64,000 nt of DNA from Oculina patagonica (lineage: Eukaryota): NCBI RefSeq assembly GCF_052425735.1, contig NC_135760.1, positions 21,142,001 to 21,206,000 of the forward strand, in the 5' to 3' direction. The notes under the pieces were generated by a model, which worked only from the letters and a program-made list of their open reading frames with translations, was not told where the DNA came from and made no database searches. Made by a program: the position numbers and the translations under genes. This document shows positions 1 through 26,291 of the stretch, one piece after another. Numbering within the stretch: position 1 is the stretch's first letter; every line of letters starts with the position of its first letter.

Positions 1-224
1 CCTTTCATATTGTGTTGAGTGTGCGTAGTATTGCAAGACGCTAGTTAGATTGTCCAACCAGGATAACTGTAATTAAAGCTTTACTAATTTCTTCACACGA
101 ATCATAAAAGTATTAACCAATGAAGTTCTCTTTCCTGAAAAAACTGCTTTCTTCGATGCTGTTTGACAAGTTATTTTGACAAGTTGTTTTGTCTCGTGTT
201 GTCTCAGACTCACAGAAACTTGCA

Positions 225-1205
225 ATGGGAGGACCAGATCGGCTCTGCCCTAACTCGCTGTCAGTTCAATTTGTGACACAAGCCGTGTACGCGCTTGGAG
301 TTGCAAATTGCGTCTTCAACATTCCAGTGGCCGTGTTCACTGTGCTGGGAAACAGTTTGGTCATTTACGTCATATGGAGACACCATAGTCTACACAACAA
401 TCACAACTACCTTTTAGTGGCGGTAGCAGCGACTGACGTCATCACCGCGCTTGTCACGCAACCTCTTTCAATCACGGCCATCTTTCAAGAAGTTCAACAG
501 GACATCAACTGTGGTATAAAGGATGCCCAGGCAGCTTGTAACCTTCTCTCTAACATGACCTCACTCTTAACCTTGATGCTGTTGAGTTTTGAGCGAATTT
601 TGGGCGTGTGTTTTCCCTTTTTGCACGAAACATTTGTCACGCCACGCAAATTACTTGCATGTATTGTTGGTATTTGGGTAGCCTCTTTGTTGCTTGTCCT
701 GTCACCGTATTACCACCTTTTGGGGCCAGGGACGCGGATGCGCGTAGGAGCTATCTTTCAGCTGGTAGCTTTCTTATTAATCGTTATCATTGCCCTATTC
801 ATGTATCGGATAGCGAGACGGCACGAGAATCAGATTGCGGCTCAAGTCCAGGCTGGCAGGGGACAACAACCACTCCAGCTTACAGATAGAAGATCGTTCA
901 AGACCACCATCTATGTTCTCGGTGCACTGATCGTGTGTCAAATCCCACTTTTTATCATCAGGGTTTTGAACAGAGTAAACGTGATAGACGAACATGCATT
1001 TGCATTAGCTTTGTGGCCCGTCACAACTTTAATGCACCTGAAAGCCGGCCTCAACTTTTGCATTTACGGCTGGAGAAATTCTCCCATACGTGAAAAGATT
1101 ATGCAGCTTATAAACATGGGACAAAATAGCGTCGAACCAGCTCAACTTCCCCCTGCTACACCTTACAATAACTTTAGACTCACTGCTTCGGCAACTGCTG
1201 AGTGA
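225..1205 (+). CDS. Class A (rhodopsin-like) orphan GPCR, paralogue 1; single coding exon
   Basis: Seven hydrophobic segments. Motifs: GNSLV (TM1), AVAATD (TM2 D2.50), SFERI (DRY-like), CQIP (CWxP-like), NFCIY (NPxxY-like). First ATG at 225, after a likely acceptor gtctcag| at 207; the ORF track start at 189 is a TTG. Confidence 0.9.
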   Translation: MGGPDRLCPNSLSVQFVTQAVYALGVANCVFNIPVAVFTVLGNSLVIYVIWRHHSLHNNHNYLLVAVAATDVITALVTQPLSITAIFQEVQQDINCGIKDAQAACNLLSNMTSLLTLMLLSFERILGVCFPFLHETFVTPRKLLACIVGIWVASLLLVLSPYYHLLGPGTRMRVGAIFQLVAFLLIVIIALFMYRIARRHENQIAAQVQAGRGQQPLQLTDRRSFKTTIYVLGALIVCQIPLFIIRVLNRVNVIDEHAFALALWPVTTLMHLKAGLNFCIYGWRNSPIREKIMQLINMGQNSVEPAQLPPATPYNNFRLTASATAE

Positions 1206-3162
1206 GCAGTGCCCTTTCATCCTCTTTCCTTTTTTTGTTGTTGTAGAGTTAGATAATCTGTTAAATTTGTAAGTTATAATTAATACTAATTTAAAAAAAT
1301 TTTCTGATTCGAAATTACTTTTGTCGCTTGGAGTTTGTGAATTGTACGCCGTTTCGCCCCGATTACATTATTTTATAAGGGACCTTTCTAAAACCACTAT
1401 GGTAACGGCATTGAGAACAAATTGTTTCATGAATGAACAGTACAATAGCTCTGGACGTGCTTTTTAAATCTTGGTACATTTCTTAGCCGTCCTCTAATCT
1501 CGTACCCAGATCTTCCCAACGAAGTGAGTAAACATCTTGGTTCGAGATAAAGCCGTCCTCAGCAAAACAACGACGTGAAATGTTCAATTTCGGCGTTGCC
1601 TGGACAACGAGCGAACGTGACCACGACGGCGAAGTTTTCATGAGTGGTTTGAATTTGACAATACGTGTACATGGTGTTCAATTAAGGTAGAGATTACAAT
1701 TCTGTCACTGATAGACACACCAAAAAAAATTAGAAAGTCGCCATCGTGGTTGGTTAAGGTTCTATATAACACCCCCTGGGTGTCCGAGATTTAATATTTC
1801 TTTAAACAAAATCCAGCACGACTGTCCTAACCGATAAATTCAAACAGTTTCCACATCCTCACCCAAAAAATGTGTTGGTACTTCGGCAAAGACTGCTTTT
1901 CATTTGTGTGGAAAAACCGGTGAGGATTTTCCGGCAAATAGAAATGCATTTTTTTAACAAACCATGGCAATGATTCGGGATCATTTGAAAACTTTACAGT
2001 AGAAATGACCGTTCTATCAGTTATTTCCCAACGCAACAGCCGCGAATTTTATCGAGGAGCATGGTAATAGTGCGAAAAAGCAAAATGGTACAGTGATATT
2101 CCGAGCATTGCGAAAAAAACCGATAGAAGAGGAATGAGATATCCATTTCTTTGAAAATTTTTCAGTGGGAAGGATCGTTTCATTTGATTTTTCACCGGAA
2201 AAACTGGTTTTCGTACAAAAGGAAAGCGCTGTCGGTTTAGATTCAGGTTATATCGCCGTGAAATAGTATTAAAGACCACCGAAAATGCATATAGGTGTTT
2301 TCCGTAAGTTTCTGTAGAACACATTTTTTCTTAAAAGACTGAGGGAGGAAAGAAATAAAAATTTAATGCAAACTTCTGAGTGTGAGTACGAAACTAAACC
2401 AGCCGAGAGCAAAACAATTGGACAGTCTACATCCGAATTTAAGGAAATTTGTTGCATCAATTTATTCTCGAAAAGTTTACCATTTTATCTCACAATACAC
2501 ATCGGGACCATCTGATCCGCCGAATGCACTGAGGCGGTAATGACGCTCGGCTTCAAACAGAGGAGCAGATGACTCAAATGAATACAACGCATCAAACTTA
2601 GGCCGACTATTCAAATAAAAGATCCTGTTTTTCCGGAAAACTAGGCCGCTTAAGGAACCCGGTTTATACGCCTCTTATTTTACCTTGAATAGCCATGCAC
2701 CTACGTAGATCAATTGCACCTTTACACCGACCGTGCAGGTATATTATTAAAGCCATACAAATCCGCAGATAAATCAAAATATTCGAACACCACACCAAAA
2801 CTTCTGGGAAACAAGGTGGAACCCTTGCCTTTCTACACACCAGTCGGCTGGCGAAAAAAAAAATTATCCCACAATTTTTTCTGTCTCGTTCTCAAATCTT
2901 TATATACAACTTACTTATTGCAAAAACATTGTCATATAAAAAAGGAAAATGAATAGAGCAAAAAGTAATCATTCACAAGGAAACCATGTTACATGTGCAG
3001 AGAAAAAAATTTGTGAAGGAAATGTCTAAACCTGTTATTAAAAGGTATTGATGACTGCTTTGAGAATTATTTGATTACACCCGACCGCCGAGAAAGTAAG
3101 TTTTTTTGCCTAATGAATTGCCATTTGCCTTTTTTCATTTTTCATTTTTTTTTATAACGCTG

Positions 3163-3487
3163 TTGACCGGAAAATCAGACGGCTGTGAAAGCCGGCAGCA
3201 CGTTTGTACGCATGTAATTTCACGCCTGGCGCACGATAAAAAAAATAGACGCATGTAATTTCACGCCTGGTGCACGATAACGCTTTTGGCGGCGTAAAAC
3301 AATTTTGCCAGCGACATAAATGTTGATATAAACTATTTTTCTATTGCTTTTTTTTTCATATTTCTTTATTTTTATGACAACACTATTGACCGAAAAATTA
3401 GACGGCTGTGAAAGTCGGCAGCGCGTTTGTACGCACGTAGTTTCACGCCTGGCGCACGACAACGTTTTTGGCGGCGTAAAACAATTA
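3163..3487. repeat. Local tandem duplication of a ~100-140 bp unit containing TTTCACGCCTGG(C/T)GCACGA repeats
   Basis: ttgaccg..aaaat..agacggctgtgaaag..cggcagc..cgtttgtacg..tttcacgcctggcgcacga..ttttggcggcgtaaaacaatt occurs at ~3163 and ~3386. Confidence 0.75.
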
Positions 3488-4653
3488 ACGTAATTTTCTT
3501 GAACGCTTCCGAGAGCATTGTGCTTGTTGTAGGCTGTCGATCACTTAAAACGTCTGGAAAACAAAGCTATTGCAGTTCTTTCTTTCCTTAACGATGTTTT
3601 CGGCTAAATTTGCACTTACTTGTTATAAGATGCAAAAAACAAACTGGACTTATACATATTTTCCACGCTTCAAGAGAAATGTACCGCAGGTAAGTAGTCT
3701 CTGATATTTTCAAGTTTAAGCCTAACTACAATGTACAAGAACTGATGCTGACTGGAAACAATTTTTGACCGTCTGAATCGAAAGTGCATTAACAAAACTT
3801 AAATGTCTCTTATGGACCTTAAATCAATATTTTGTTTACTTACTTTCCGAAAACAAATTCGAAAACTATGGTAGCAGCGAGCGAGGACAGCGAGGTATAA
3901 ACGAAGGAAAGGTCATACTACTGTTGATGACCTAGCCTGTTCCAGGCGTTCGGTTAGTTGAGAGCAACGCGAAGGACTGCAAATGAGCAAAAACATAAAA
4001 ACAGGGGTAGTTGGAGAGACGCGACGCCTTCTGAATCGAACCATATGCCATACGCATAAAAAAGTAAAGAAACCTAAGGAGAGTCTAGGAAGGCAATTTG
4101 TTTAGTAAAATTAATCGGTTAAACGCGTATTGACTGGCTACAAAGTAAATAAAAAATAAACCCTCTTAAAACTACGCCACCGGCCATACGCGGCGGAGCA
4201 GAGGGTTGGGGGGGTGGGGGCAGGGGGGAGCGACCGCAGCGTAAAATCTGTTTGTCAAGATATTCCGTCTCATGAGTGAGTTCAAACATCTTCAAAACTT
4301 CCTTGGAAGTCAAAGGGAAACTTCGCTTAACTTCGGAAAAGTTCGTATGGCCTTTAAACAACAATCGGAGAATCTTTGGAAATCTTCAGTCTAGAAACTG
4401 CTCAGAAATCGAAAAGTTGCTGGAACGGAAAAAAGTTGCTCCAAATATGAAAACCTTCCGAGTATTTTCGGGATAGTCTTAACCCCCCTTGTACCAAAAC
4501 TCTCAAACGCCTCAGCACCCTTGGCATACGCGATTTTCTGTATAAAATTAGCTAGGGTTTTACTTACCGACCTTACCTACGGTAAATAAATATTGCACTA
4601 CGTACCTTAAAAATTCAAGGGGATTCATTATCCTGTTGACTCTCAATTCCCAC

Positions 4654-4853
4654 TAGACTACGAGCAGTCCCTATTTTTTCGCAGAGTCCGTCGAGCTTGA
4701 AGCGAAATTTTTTTTAGAAGAGTCCGTCGAGCCCCGCCTCCTCCCCCCGCGCGTAATTTTTTTTCTCGCCTCAAGCTCGACGGACTCTTCGAAAAAAATG
4801 TTCGCCTCAATCTCGACGGACTCTGCGAAAAAATAGGGACTGCTCGTAGTCTT
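4654..4853. mobile_element. Palindromic MITE with ~40-bp TIRs and 9-bp TSD
   Basis: TIRs agactacgagcagtccctattttttcgcagagtccgtcgag / ctcgacggactctgcgaaaaaatagggactgctcgtagtct. AATTCCCAC flanks at 4645-4653 and 4854-4862. Confidence 0.85.
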
Positions 4854-5398
4854 AATTCCCACCGTAAAATTTTATTTATGGTTCGGAACAAAAATCAAAG
4901 AAAACGTGCGACCTCAAGCATTCTGATCGAGTTCAATACTCACAACCAAAGTCGAAAAGAGGCATCTTCACCGCGATCTTCCACGTGCAACACGGTGCGC
5001 ACTTTTTGGACAAACCTTTTTGTGCACGGCACGTGCACTGTCCAAAACTCGACATCTCATTGGTTGGTTGGCTTACCTGAGGAAATTGAACAACATTCCA
5101 AATCACCAAGGGTTTCACTTATTCCCAGTCACTCAACCAGATAATTATCTCAGTAAATTTCCCCGAAGTAAAATCTGTTACATGTGAATAACTTACATTC
5201 TCTAGAGAAACCTTGTTATATTTTTGTTGGTAAAATGGCTCCATAACCACGGCTTTTATTGTCTGTCACTGGCAAAATTGTATCTTTTCCACACTCCCAG
5301 GAAAAACAATCATGTATTACTTTCCCTGAAGAGTGAAAATGCCTTCTTCATCAGAGCATTTGTTTGTTTGTTTCATTTCAGACTCAAAACAATCTGCC

Positions 5399-6388
5399 AT
5401 GGCAGTAACACACCGACTCTGCCCCAGCTCGTTGTCAATTCAGTCCGTGACACCAGCCATCTACGCGCTCGGAGTTGCATGTTGCGCCTTCAATATTCCG
5501 GTGGTCGTGTTTTCTGTGCTGGGAAACAGCTTGGTCATTTACGTGATATGGAGACACCATAGTCTACACAACAATCACAACTACCTTCTAGTGGCGATAG
5601 CAGCGACTGACGTTATCACTGGACTTGTCACGCAACCACTCAGCGTCACGGCCATCTTTCAAGAAGTTCAACAGGACATCAACTGTGGTATAAAGGACGC
5701 CCAGGCAGCTTGTAACCTTCTATGTAACATGACCTCACTCTTAACCTTGATGCTGTTGAGTTCTGAGCGAATTCTGAGCGTGTGTTTCCCCTTCTGGCAT
5801 GACACACTTGTCACGCCACGCAGACTTCTTGTACTCGTGGTTGGCATCTGGTTGTCCTCGCTGCTGCTTGTTTTGACACCATATTATCACGTTTTGAAGC
5901 CCCAGACCCGCATGCGTGTAGGAATGATGTTTCAGTCGGCAGCTTTCATCATCATCGTTATCATTTCCCTGTTCATGTATCGGATAGCGAGACGGCACGA
6001 GAATCAAATTGCGGCTCAAGTCCAGGTCGCCAATCAGGTCGAAGGACAGCAATCACTCCAGCTCACAGAAAGAAAATCGTTCAAAGCAACAGTCTTTGTT
6101 CTCGGTGCACTGATCTTGTGTCAAATCCCACTTTTTATCACCGGGTTTTTGTATAGAATAAAGGTGTTAGACGAACACGCTTTTGCATTAGCTTTGTGGC
6201 CCGTTACAGCTTTAATGCACCTGAACTCCGTCCTGAACTTTTGTATCTACAGCTGGAGAAATTCTGGCATTCGCGTTAAGATCATGCAGCTTATAAACAT
6301 GGGACAAAATAATAACGAACCAGCTCAGCCTCCTCCGACTCCGACGACTGGAAACTACGGAGTCCCGACAGCTACGACTAATTGCTGA
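5399..6388 (+). CDS. Class A orphan GPCR, paralogue 2; single coding exon
   Basis: Clear paralogue of 225-1205 (GNSLV, AIAATD, SSERI, CQIP, HLNSVLNFCIY). ATG at 5399 after acceptor tttcag| at 5381. Confidence 0.9.
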   Translation: MAVTHRLCPSSLSIQSVTPAIYALGVACCAFNIPVVVFSVLGNSLVIYVIWRHHSLHNNHNYLLVAIAATDVITGLVTQPLSVTAIFQEVQQDINCGIKDAQAACNLLCNMTSLLTLMLLSSERILSVCFPFWHDTLVTPRRLLVLVVGIWLSSLLLVLTPYYHVLKPQTRMRVGMMFQSAAFIIIVIISLFMYRIARRHENQIAAQVQVANQVEGQQSLQLTERKSFKATVFVLGALILCQIPLFITGFLYRIKVLDEHAFALALWPVTALMHLNSVLNFCIYSWRNSGIRVKIMQLINMGQNNNEPAQPPPTPTTGNYGVPTATTNC

Positions 6389-6848
6389 GTAACCAGTGCT
6401 AAGAAAAACTCGTTATCCTTATTGTATCTGTGAAGTAGTCTATTTGTTTGTTTGTTATTTAACATCGATCAAAGATGAGAAACGTTGTTTAAGAAGCAAT
6501 GTCACGGTCACGGTATATGAAGTCATTTTTCTGATTCCTCTGATTCCTTTCAAATTGAAGGAAACCTAAAATAATAGTCTTCTAACATAGGAAAAACTGG
6601 GAACAAAGGAGTAATAAAAAGGCGAAAATAACCAAGAATGGTTCCGACTGATAAAGATTAAACAAATTTTCATGAATTTTGAACTCGTGACAACTTTGAA
6701 AAACTTTGCCAATTAATTTTCAAACTGTGGTTAAGCAATAAAAGGAATGTATGGAAAGAAGTAACGATAATTAATTTTATTCTATTTACTATTTTCTCTT
6801 AATTGATAGGGGCGAAGATTGCGTGACAAATTCAAAGCCCGCTCTTGT

Positions 6849-7089
6849 AGGAGTCAAGAATGGTCCCTCAAAATGTCGCGTGCTCGCAATGCTCGCAAAT
6901 TTTAGTGGGTGCTCGTTTGCTCGTGCCGCACATTTTTACAAGTGCTCGCATGCTCGGTTTTTAGTAGAGGTAGGTTTTTGAAAAGTGCTCGTTGCTCGCA
7001 AGGCTAATTTTTGTCAATGCTCGTGCTCGCAAAGAAAAACGCTGTGCTCGCATGCTCGCAAATGCTCGCAAAGACCATTTGATACCCCT
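6849..7089. mobile_element. MITE-like element with internal TGCTCG repeats
   Basis: Imperfect TIRs aggagtcaagaatggtc / gaccatttgatacccct, about 10 copies of tgctcg, and tcttgt on both flanks. Confidence 0.55.
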
Positions 7090-7548
7090 TCTTGTCTTAT
7101 TCAAACCCCACTCCCTCTAATTCCAAAGTCTCGCCTTTTATACCGAGTTCAGACAACCCTTCCCCTTCTATCCGTACTCAACCACTTCCCTTTAAATTCT
7201 ATCATTGCCCACTTACGCACACTATGTTCCCGGCTTTTCCTCCCGGCTTTCTCCTTTGAAGAGGCCTTACCGGGTTAATTTTTGAGGGTTGGCCCAAAAG
7301 TGGGAAGACTGAAATAAAAATAAATCTTTTTTGAAAAATTTGTTTTTTTTTTGGGGAATGAAAAAATTGGCCCCCGGTGGTCTTCTGAAAGATCGAGAAA
7401 GAGTTGGGAACATCTCGATGCGAGATGGTCCTAAGCAGCCAGGCCTGGAGCTTTTAGGCCAGGTTACTTTGCCAATCAAATCTGCGCACAAAACATGGCG
7501 GCACCAGTTTGCAAAATAAAGCGCATCACAGGGGGGAAATAAATTGCG

Positions 7549-22121
<14,573 letters not shown>

Positions 22122-22171
22122 AACGCGCTGAAAACGAAGATTAAAGCTTCATATCAACATATTAAAGGCTG

Positions 22172-22410
22172 CTCTCAGTCGGGGGAACAAGTGCCAGTTG
22201 ATGGCGACATCACTTCTCCGAGAAGTGACTGAGCCCGCGGTTTTCGTCCCAGAAGTTTCTAAGCAACATGACGTATTTATACGCACGACGGCCTTCGGAG
22301 TACTCGTGAGCCCTCGCGCTAGTTTTTGATTGGTTGAAATAATTCGGAAATTCTTCGAGTGCTTCAACGAAGATTTGCCAAAACTGGCACTTTTTTTCCC
22401 GACTGCTCTG
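22172..22410 (+). mobile_element. Interspersed repeat in the LIMK 3' UTR; inverted copy at ~42170-42408
   Basis: ggggaacaagtgccagttgatggc...gaagatttgccaaaactggcact matches the reverse complement of 42170-42408. Confidence 0.8.
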
Positions 22411-23567
22411 GGAGGAGCAGTCTTTGTGGGACGCCAGAATTCAGAAAAAAAAAAACATGGCCACAAACCTGTGCCGAATTGCACTTTTATAGAGCGCCGG
22501 TTTTTCGTTCAAATAATTACGAAAATTTGGTCCCAGCTTGATCTCGGTCATATTTGGAAGTCTGGGAACGAAACAAATTCTCTGCCTCCAACTTCGTCCA
22601 ACGTACTCTCTCCCAGACTCCCACACATGGCCGAACTAGAATTCATTTTGAAATTGGCGAGCTCTAGAAAAATATATACATTTTGTACTCAACGAAAATA
22701 CAGTTAAAATGGGGAGCATCTTGCCAACAGTATATGGGAGCTTCCAACACAAATATAATTTACTTTTACACGGAAATACACCCAGTAATGAATATTCGCG
22801 TGTCCCCGCGCGTCTGCAGTTGTATTTTGCATAACTGCTCTAATTTTTTATTCACTGTATCATAAAATAATCGAGGATAAATATTGAGCCATAAGGTGCT
22901 TCCTTCATACGTACGCAGTTCACAAGCACGCATTCTCGTTCCCAGGTCCCTTGTGGCCTTCTGCTTTGCCCACTAGAGATCTGGGAACGAGATGAACGAG
23001 CACGCACTGACAACCAATCACAGTGCAAGACAGCCAGCTGTCTTGTAATTATGGTTGTGTGAGAAACATTGGCACGTGTGTAAAATACTGATTAGAAGTA
23101 CAGGTCATAAATTATTAGAATTTTGTATTATATTTCTATTTTTAATATTCCACGTTCTTCAATCACCGGTTGTAAAATACCGAAAGTCAATAAAGTAAAC
23201 TGAACAATATTTACATGGTAGCCCAAATTAAGTCTACAATCCTCTTGTGGCCCACCAGGCCGAAGATTATCCCGGTTTCAGTAGCATGAAACGACTAGGA
23301 GTATTTCTACTTCTCCCCTGGCTGGCCGCGCCCGCTGGATGGAATGCTAGTCCATCACAAGGTTACCGCAGCCTTGCAAATTGCCCTAGTCACTTATTTG
23401 GGGGATTCTTCGAGGTTATAACTGCTATGACGTTTCAGACAGTCATAGCATGGCGGACTGTCCGTATATCGGGAACTGCAAAATGGCGGACTGTCTGCTA
23501 TTTTGCAACTACCTGAAGAAGGACAGTAAAACTGCCCGAAACGTCGTTTTTTATCTGAAGTATATGG

Positions 23568-23860
23568 TAAAGGTAAAGTCTGCATACAAGCCTAGTGGCC
23601 CATCATGCCGGACCTTATCCCGGTTTCAGTAGAATGAAGCAAATAGGAGTAATTAGACTCCCCCTGGATGGGTTGCTAGTCCATCGCAGGGTTACCCCCA
23701 GCATTAAAGTCGCCGGTACCCATTCATACACCTGGGTGGAGAAAAGCACTGAAAGTAAAGTGTTGCCCAAGAACTCAACACAATGACCCCGCCCACGGCT
23801 TCAACCCTGACCGCTCGATCCGGAGTGCAGCGCACTAACCATTAGGCCACCGCGCCTCCC
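23568..23860 (-). mobile_element. Near full-length tRNA-derived SINE (partial copy also at ~23230-23370)
   Basis: Reverse complement reads gggaggcgcggtggcctaatggttagtgcgctg...tgtgagttcttgggcaacac...gcagactttacctttacc. Confidence 0.85.
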
Positions 23861-25935
23861 TATCTAAGTATACCGCCCAAAATAAACCTTCTGGGGTGGG
23901 TTGTTCAAAAGCCGATTTACACTAACCCAGGATTAAACGACGACTGAGGGTTGAATTTCTCTGCACCAATTTGTTTCTATTGCTGATGTTTTGTGGAGTT
24001 TGAGATAAGTTGACGTCAAAACTGAAAGACAGACGCTATAAACAGAAAATCGCACTGACAAGCTAAAAAACTGAAATCAAAAATCACGCTAATCCTGGAT
24101 TAGCTTAATCGTGCTTTGAGCAACCCGGCCCTGAAGTACACCATCCGAATTATACTTTCCGAACTGATCCGAAGTATACCGCCCGATTGATGTTCCAAAG
24201 TAGGGTAAAAACCTACATGTTTCCAAGTAACCCGAAAAAAGGTTCTTATATAATTGGTGTTTACTTGAAAGTTAGGCTATTTGGGTTCTTCTGTTCTTAT
24301 TACCTTACGAAACAGTGTATTGTTTATATAAAATATGCTTAAATGACTAAAATCTGTACTTTTTAAACCCCGTTCGAAGCATGCCGCCCGAAGTGTTCTT
24401 TCCGAATTTTACCAGACACAAGCAAGGAGAATCTTCGATTCATTTTCAGTCTGTTGAATGTTTATCCTCCATGGCATGTGTAAATGTTAGTAGCCACATA
24501 GTCTGTTGAGGAACAGCACGAAATATAAGGCCGGAGGGTGTGCCTCTCTCGCCCCCAAGCCACTCTCCATTTTTCGCGTTGCTCCCCACCTAACCGAACG
24601 CCTAGAACAGGCTAGTAGCCACAAGCCTTTATCAGATATGTTTAGAAAAATCAATAAATTTAACTGGTTCTTACGATCTATTCAAGTTGTTTACACGACC
24701 CTTGTCTTAAAGCTTCAAGTCTCAAACTTTGTTGAGAAATGTTCTTGACTTAATGTCAAGGAGGCAACAGGTACCCGTTGCGTGTTGCTATAAGCTGTTC
24801 ATATACATTAACCTCTGCTAATACAATCAATAACTGTTTACTTAACAAATTGGATTATAAACATTAGTGACGCTTGAGTAAACACGAGAATTTCTGCAAC
24901 CTGTACACGGATCCGGAAACTTCGACCATCATTAAAATTGAATGATGTTCTAGAAAAAATATGGCGGATTGATATCATATTCGATCGACGCTTACGAATG
25001 TTCATTTTGTTGTAGCTTTAAATCACGGATACTAAGATATCTTTCGGGTGGAAACGATGGATAGTGTTTTACTGCCGATGGGTTGACGATTTAAGATCGG
25101 ATTTCAAGGATGAAGTGGCAGAGCTATAATTTAAGGTAAGATTAAAGGTAAACAGCTTGCGTCGCGATCATATACTTTTATCATTGTCTTCCAAAGTGAG
25201 TGTGTATATATCAAAGAATCTGACACAAGCAAGCCGATCATTCGCTGGTTCTTTGCATGAAATGAGAAGCTTTGAATGGGAATAACGCTTCCAAGGAACT
25301 TTTTAGGGTTGTGGTGAATTATTTACCTTTGTCGGACGGACCCAGCGAGACATGAGTAAGGGCAAGAAACTCCCGGCAGGTGTCCCTTCGTAGTAGTGTT
25401 TACTGTATCCTTTTTATAAGACACTCCTACACTCGTCTGTCTTACCCAATAACTGAGCCTTAAGTTAATAGCTTGCACTCGATTTTGAGTAGGCAATTCA
25501 ATGGAATGGGCGTGGTGTTCTATAATGTTTGATCGAGTGATTCCTGGGGTTGCGGTAGAGATCAGAGTAAGCTAGAAGTAAAATAAATTAAGAGCGCCAA
25601 AACCTGAAATAACTGAAAAGAAACCTCGTTGGCTCAATATTCTCTAAGGACATTCTTATCAAGACTCTGGTAGATTTATGGCTTTGCTAAAATGTGCTAC
25701 TACTTTTTTGCTACAGAAAACATTATGGCAGTACTCGGCCATTTTTCAGTTGGCAAATCTTACGACTAACGAATGTTTAAAACATTCGCTTCTCGCAAAA
25801 AAAAAAGACAGTCTTCAAATCCGGCACCGCATAAAAAAGTGATGGCTGAGTGTACTTTGTGCAACGGAAAAACCAGTGAACTGCGCTTTTTGTAGGAGAA
25901 TCTGAAGTGGTTTTATGCTAATGACCACAGTATTG

Positions 25936-26036
25936 TACCCTGGGCACCAGAGGATTTTCTCGCGTGCGGTGGGTTACTCTTCGCCCGAAGGCTGACACCG
26001 GAAACCGCGCAAGAAAAACCTCTGGCAACCAGGGTA
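25936..26036. mobile_element. Short MITE with 9-bp TSD
   Basis: taccctgggcaccagagg ... cctctggcaaccagggta. ACAGTATTG on both flanks. Confidence 0.85.
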
Positions 26037-26291
26037 ACAGTATTGTTGAGATCGATAAAGTGCCTTTTTCTTTGGGTGTCCTGTGCTAAAGCGCGCCAGT
26101 CTTCCCAGGAAACTCAGTTTGTTACAACCGTGAAATAAAATACAAACAGCGACATAAACATAACACGTGGTCTGTAAGAGGAATCTGAAATTTACTTGAC
26201 GTTTCGCACTGTTAAAACTAGTTGGGACCTTTAATGATATTTGTTTGTTTTTTATTACCTTTCTAGATATCAAGGAACACACTAAAGCAAC

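Noticed and set aside
1020-1070. TM7 lysine in GPCR 1 as an opsin retinal-binding Lys
   Set aside because: The Lys is 4 residues before the NPxxY-equivalent Asn (7.45). Opsin K296 is 6 before (7.43), and the paralogue has Asn here.
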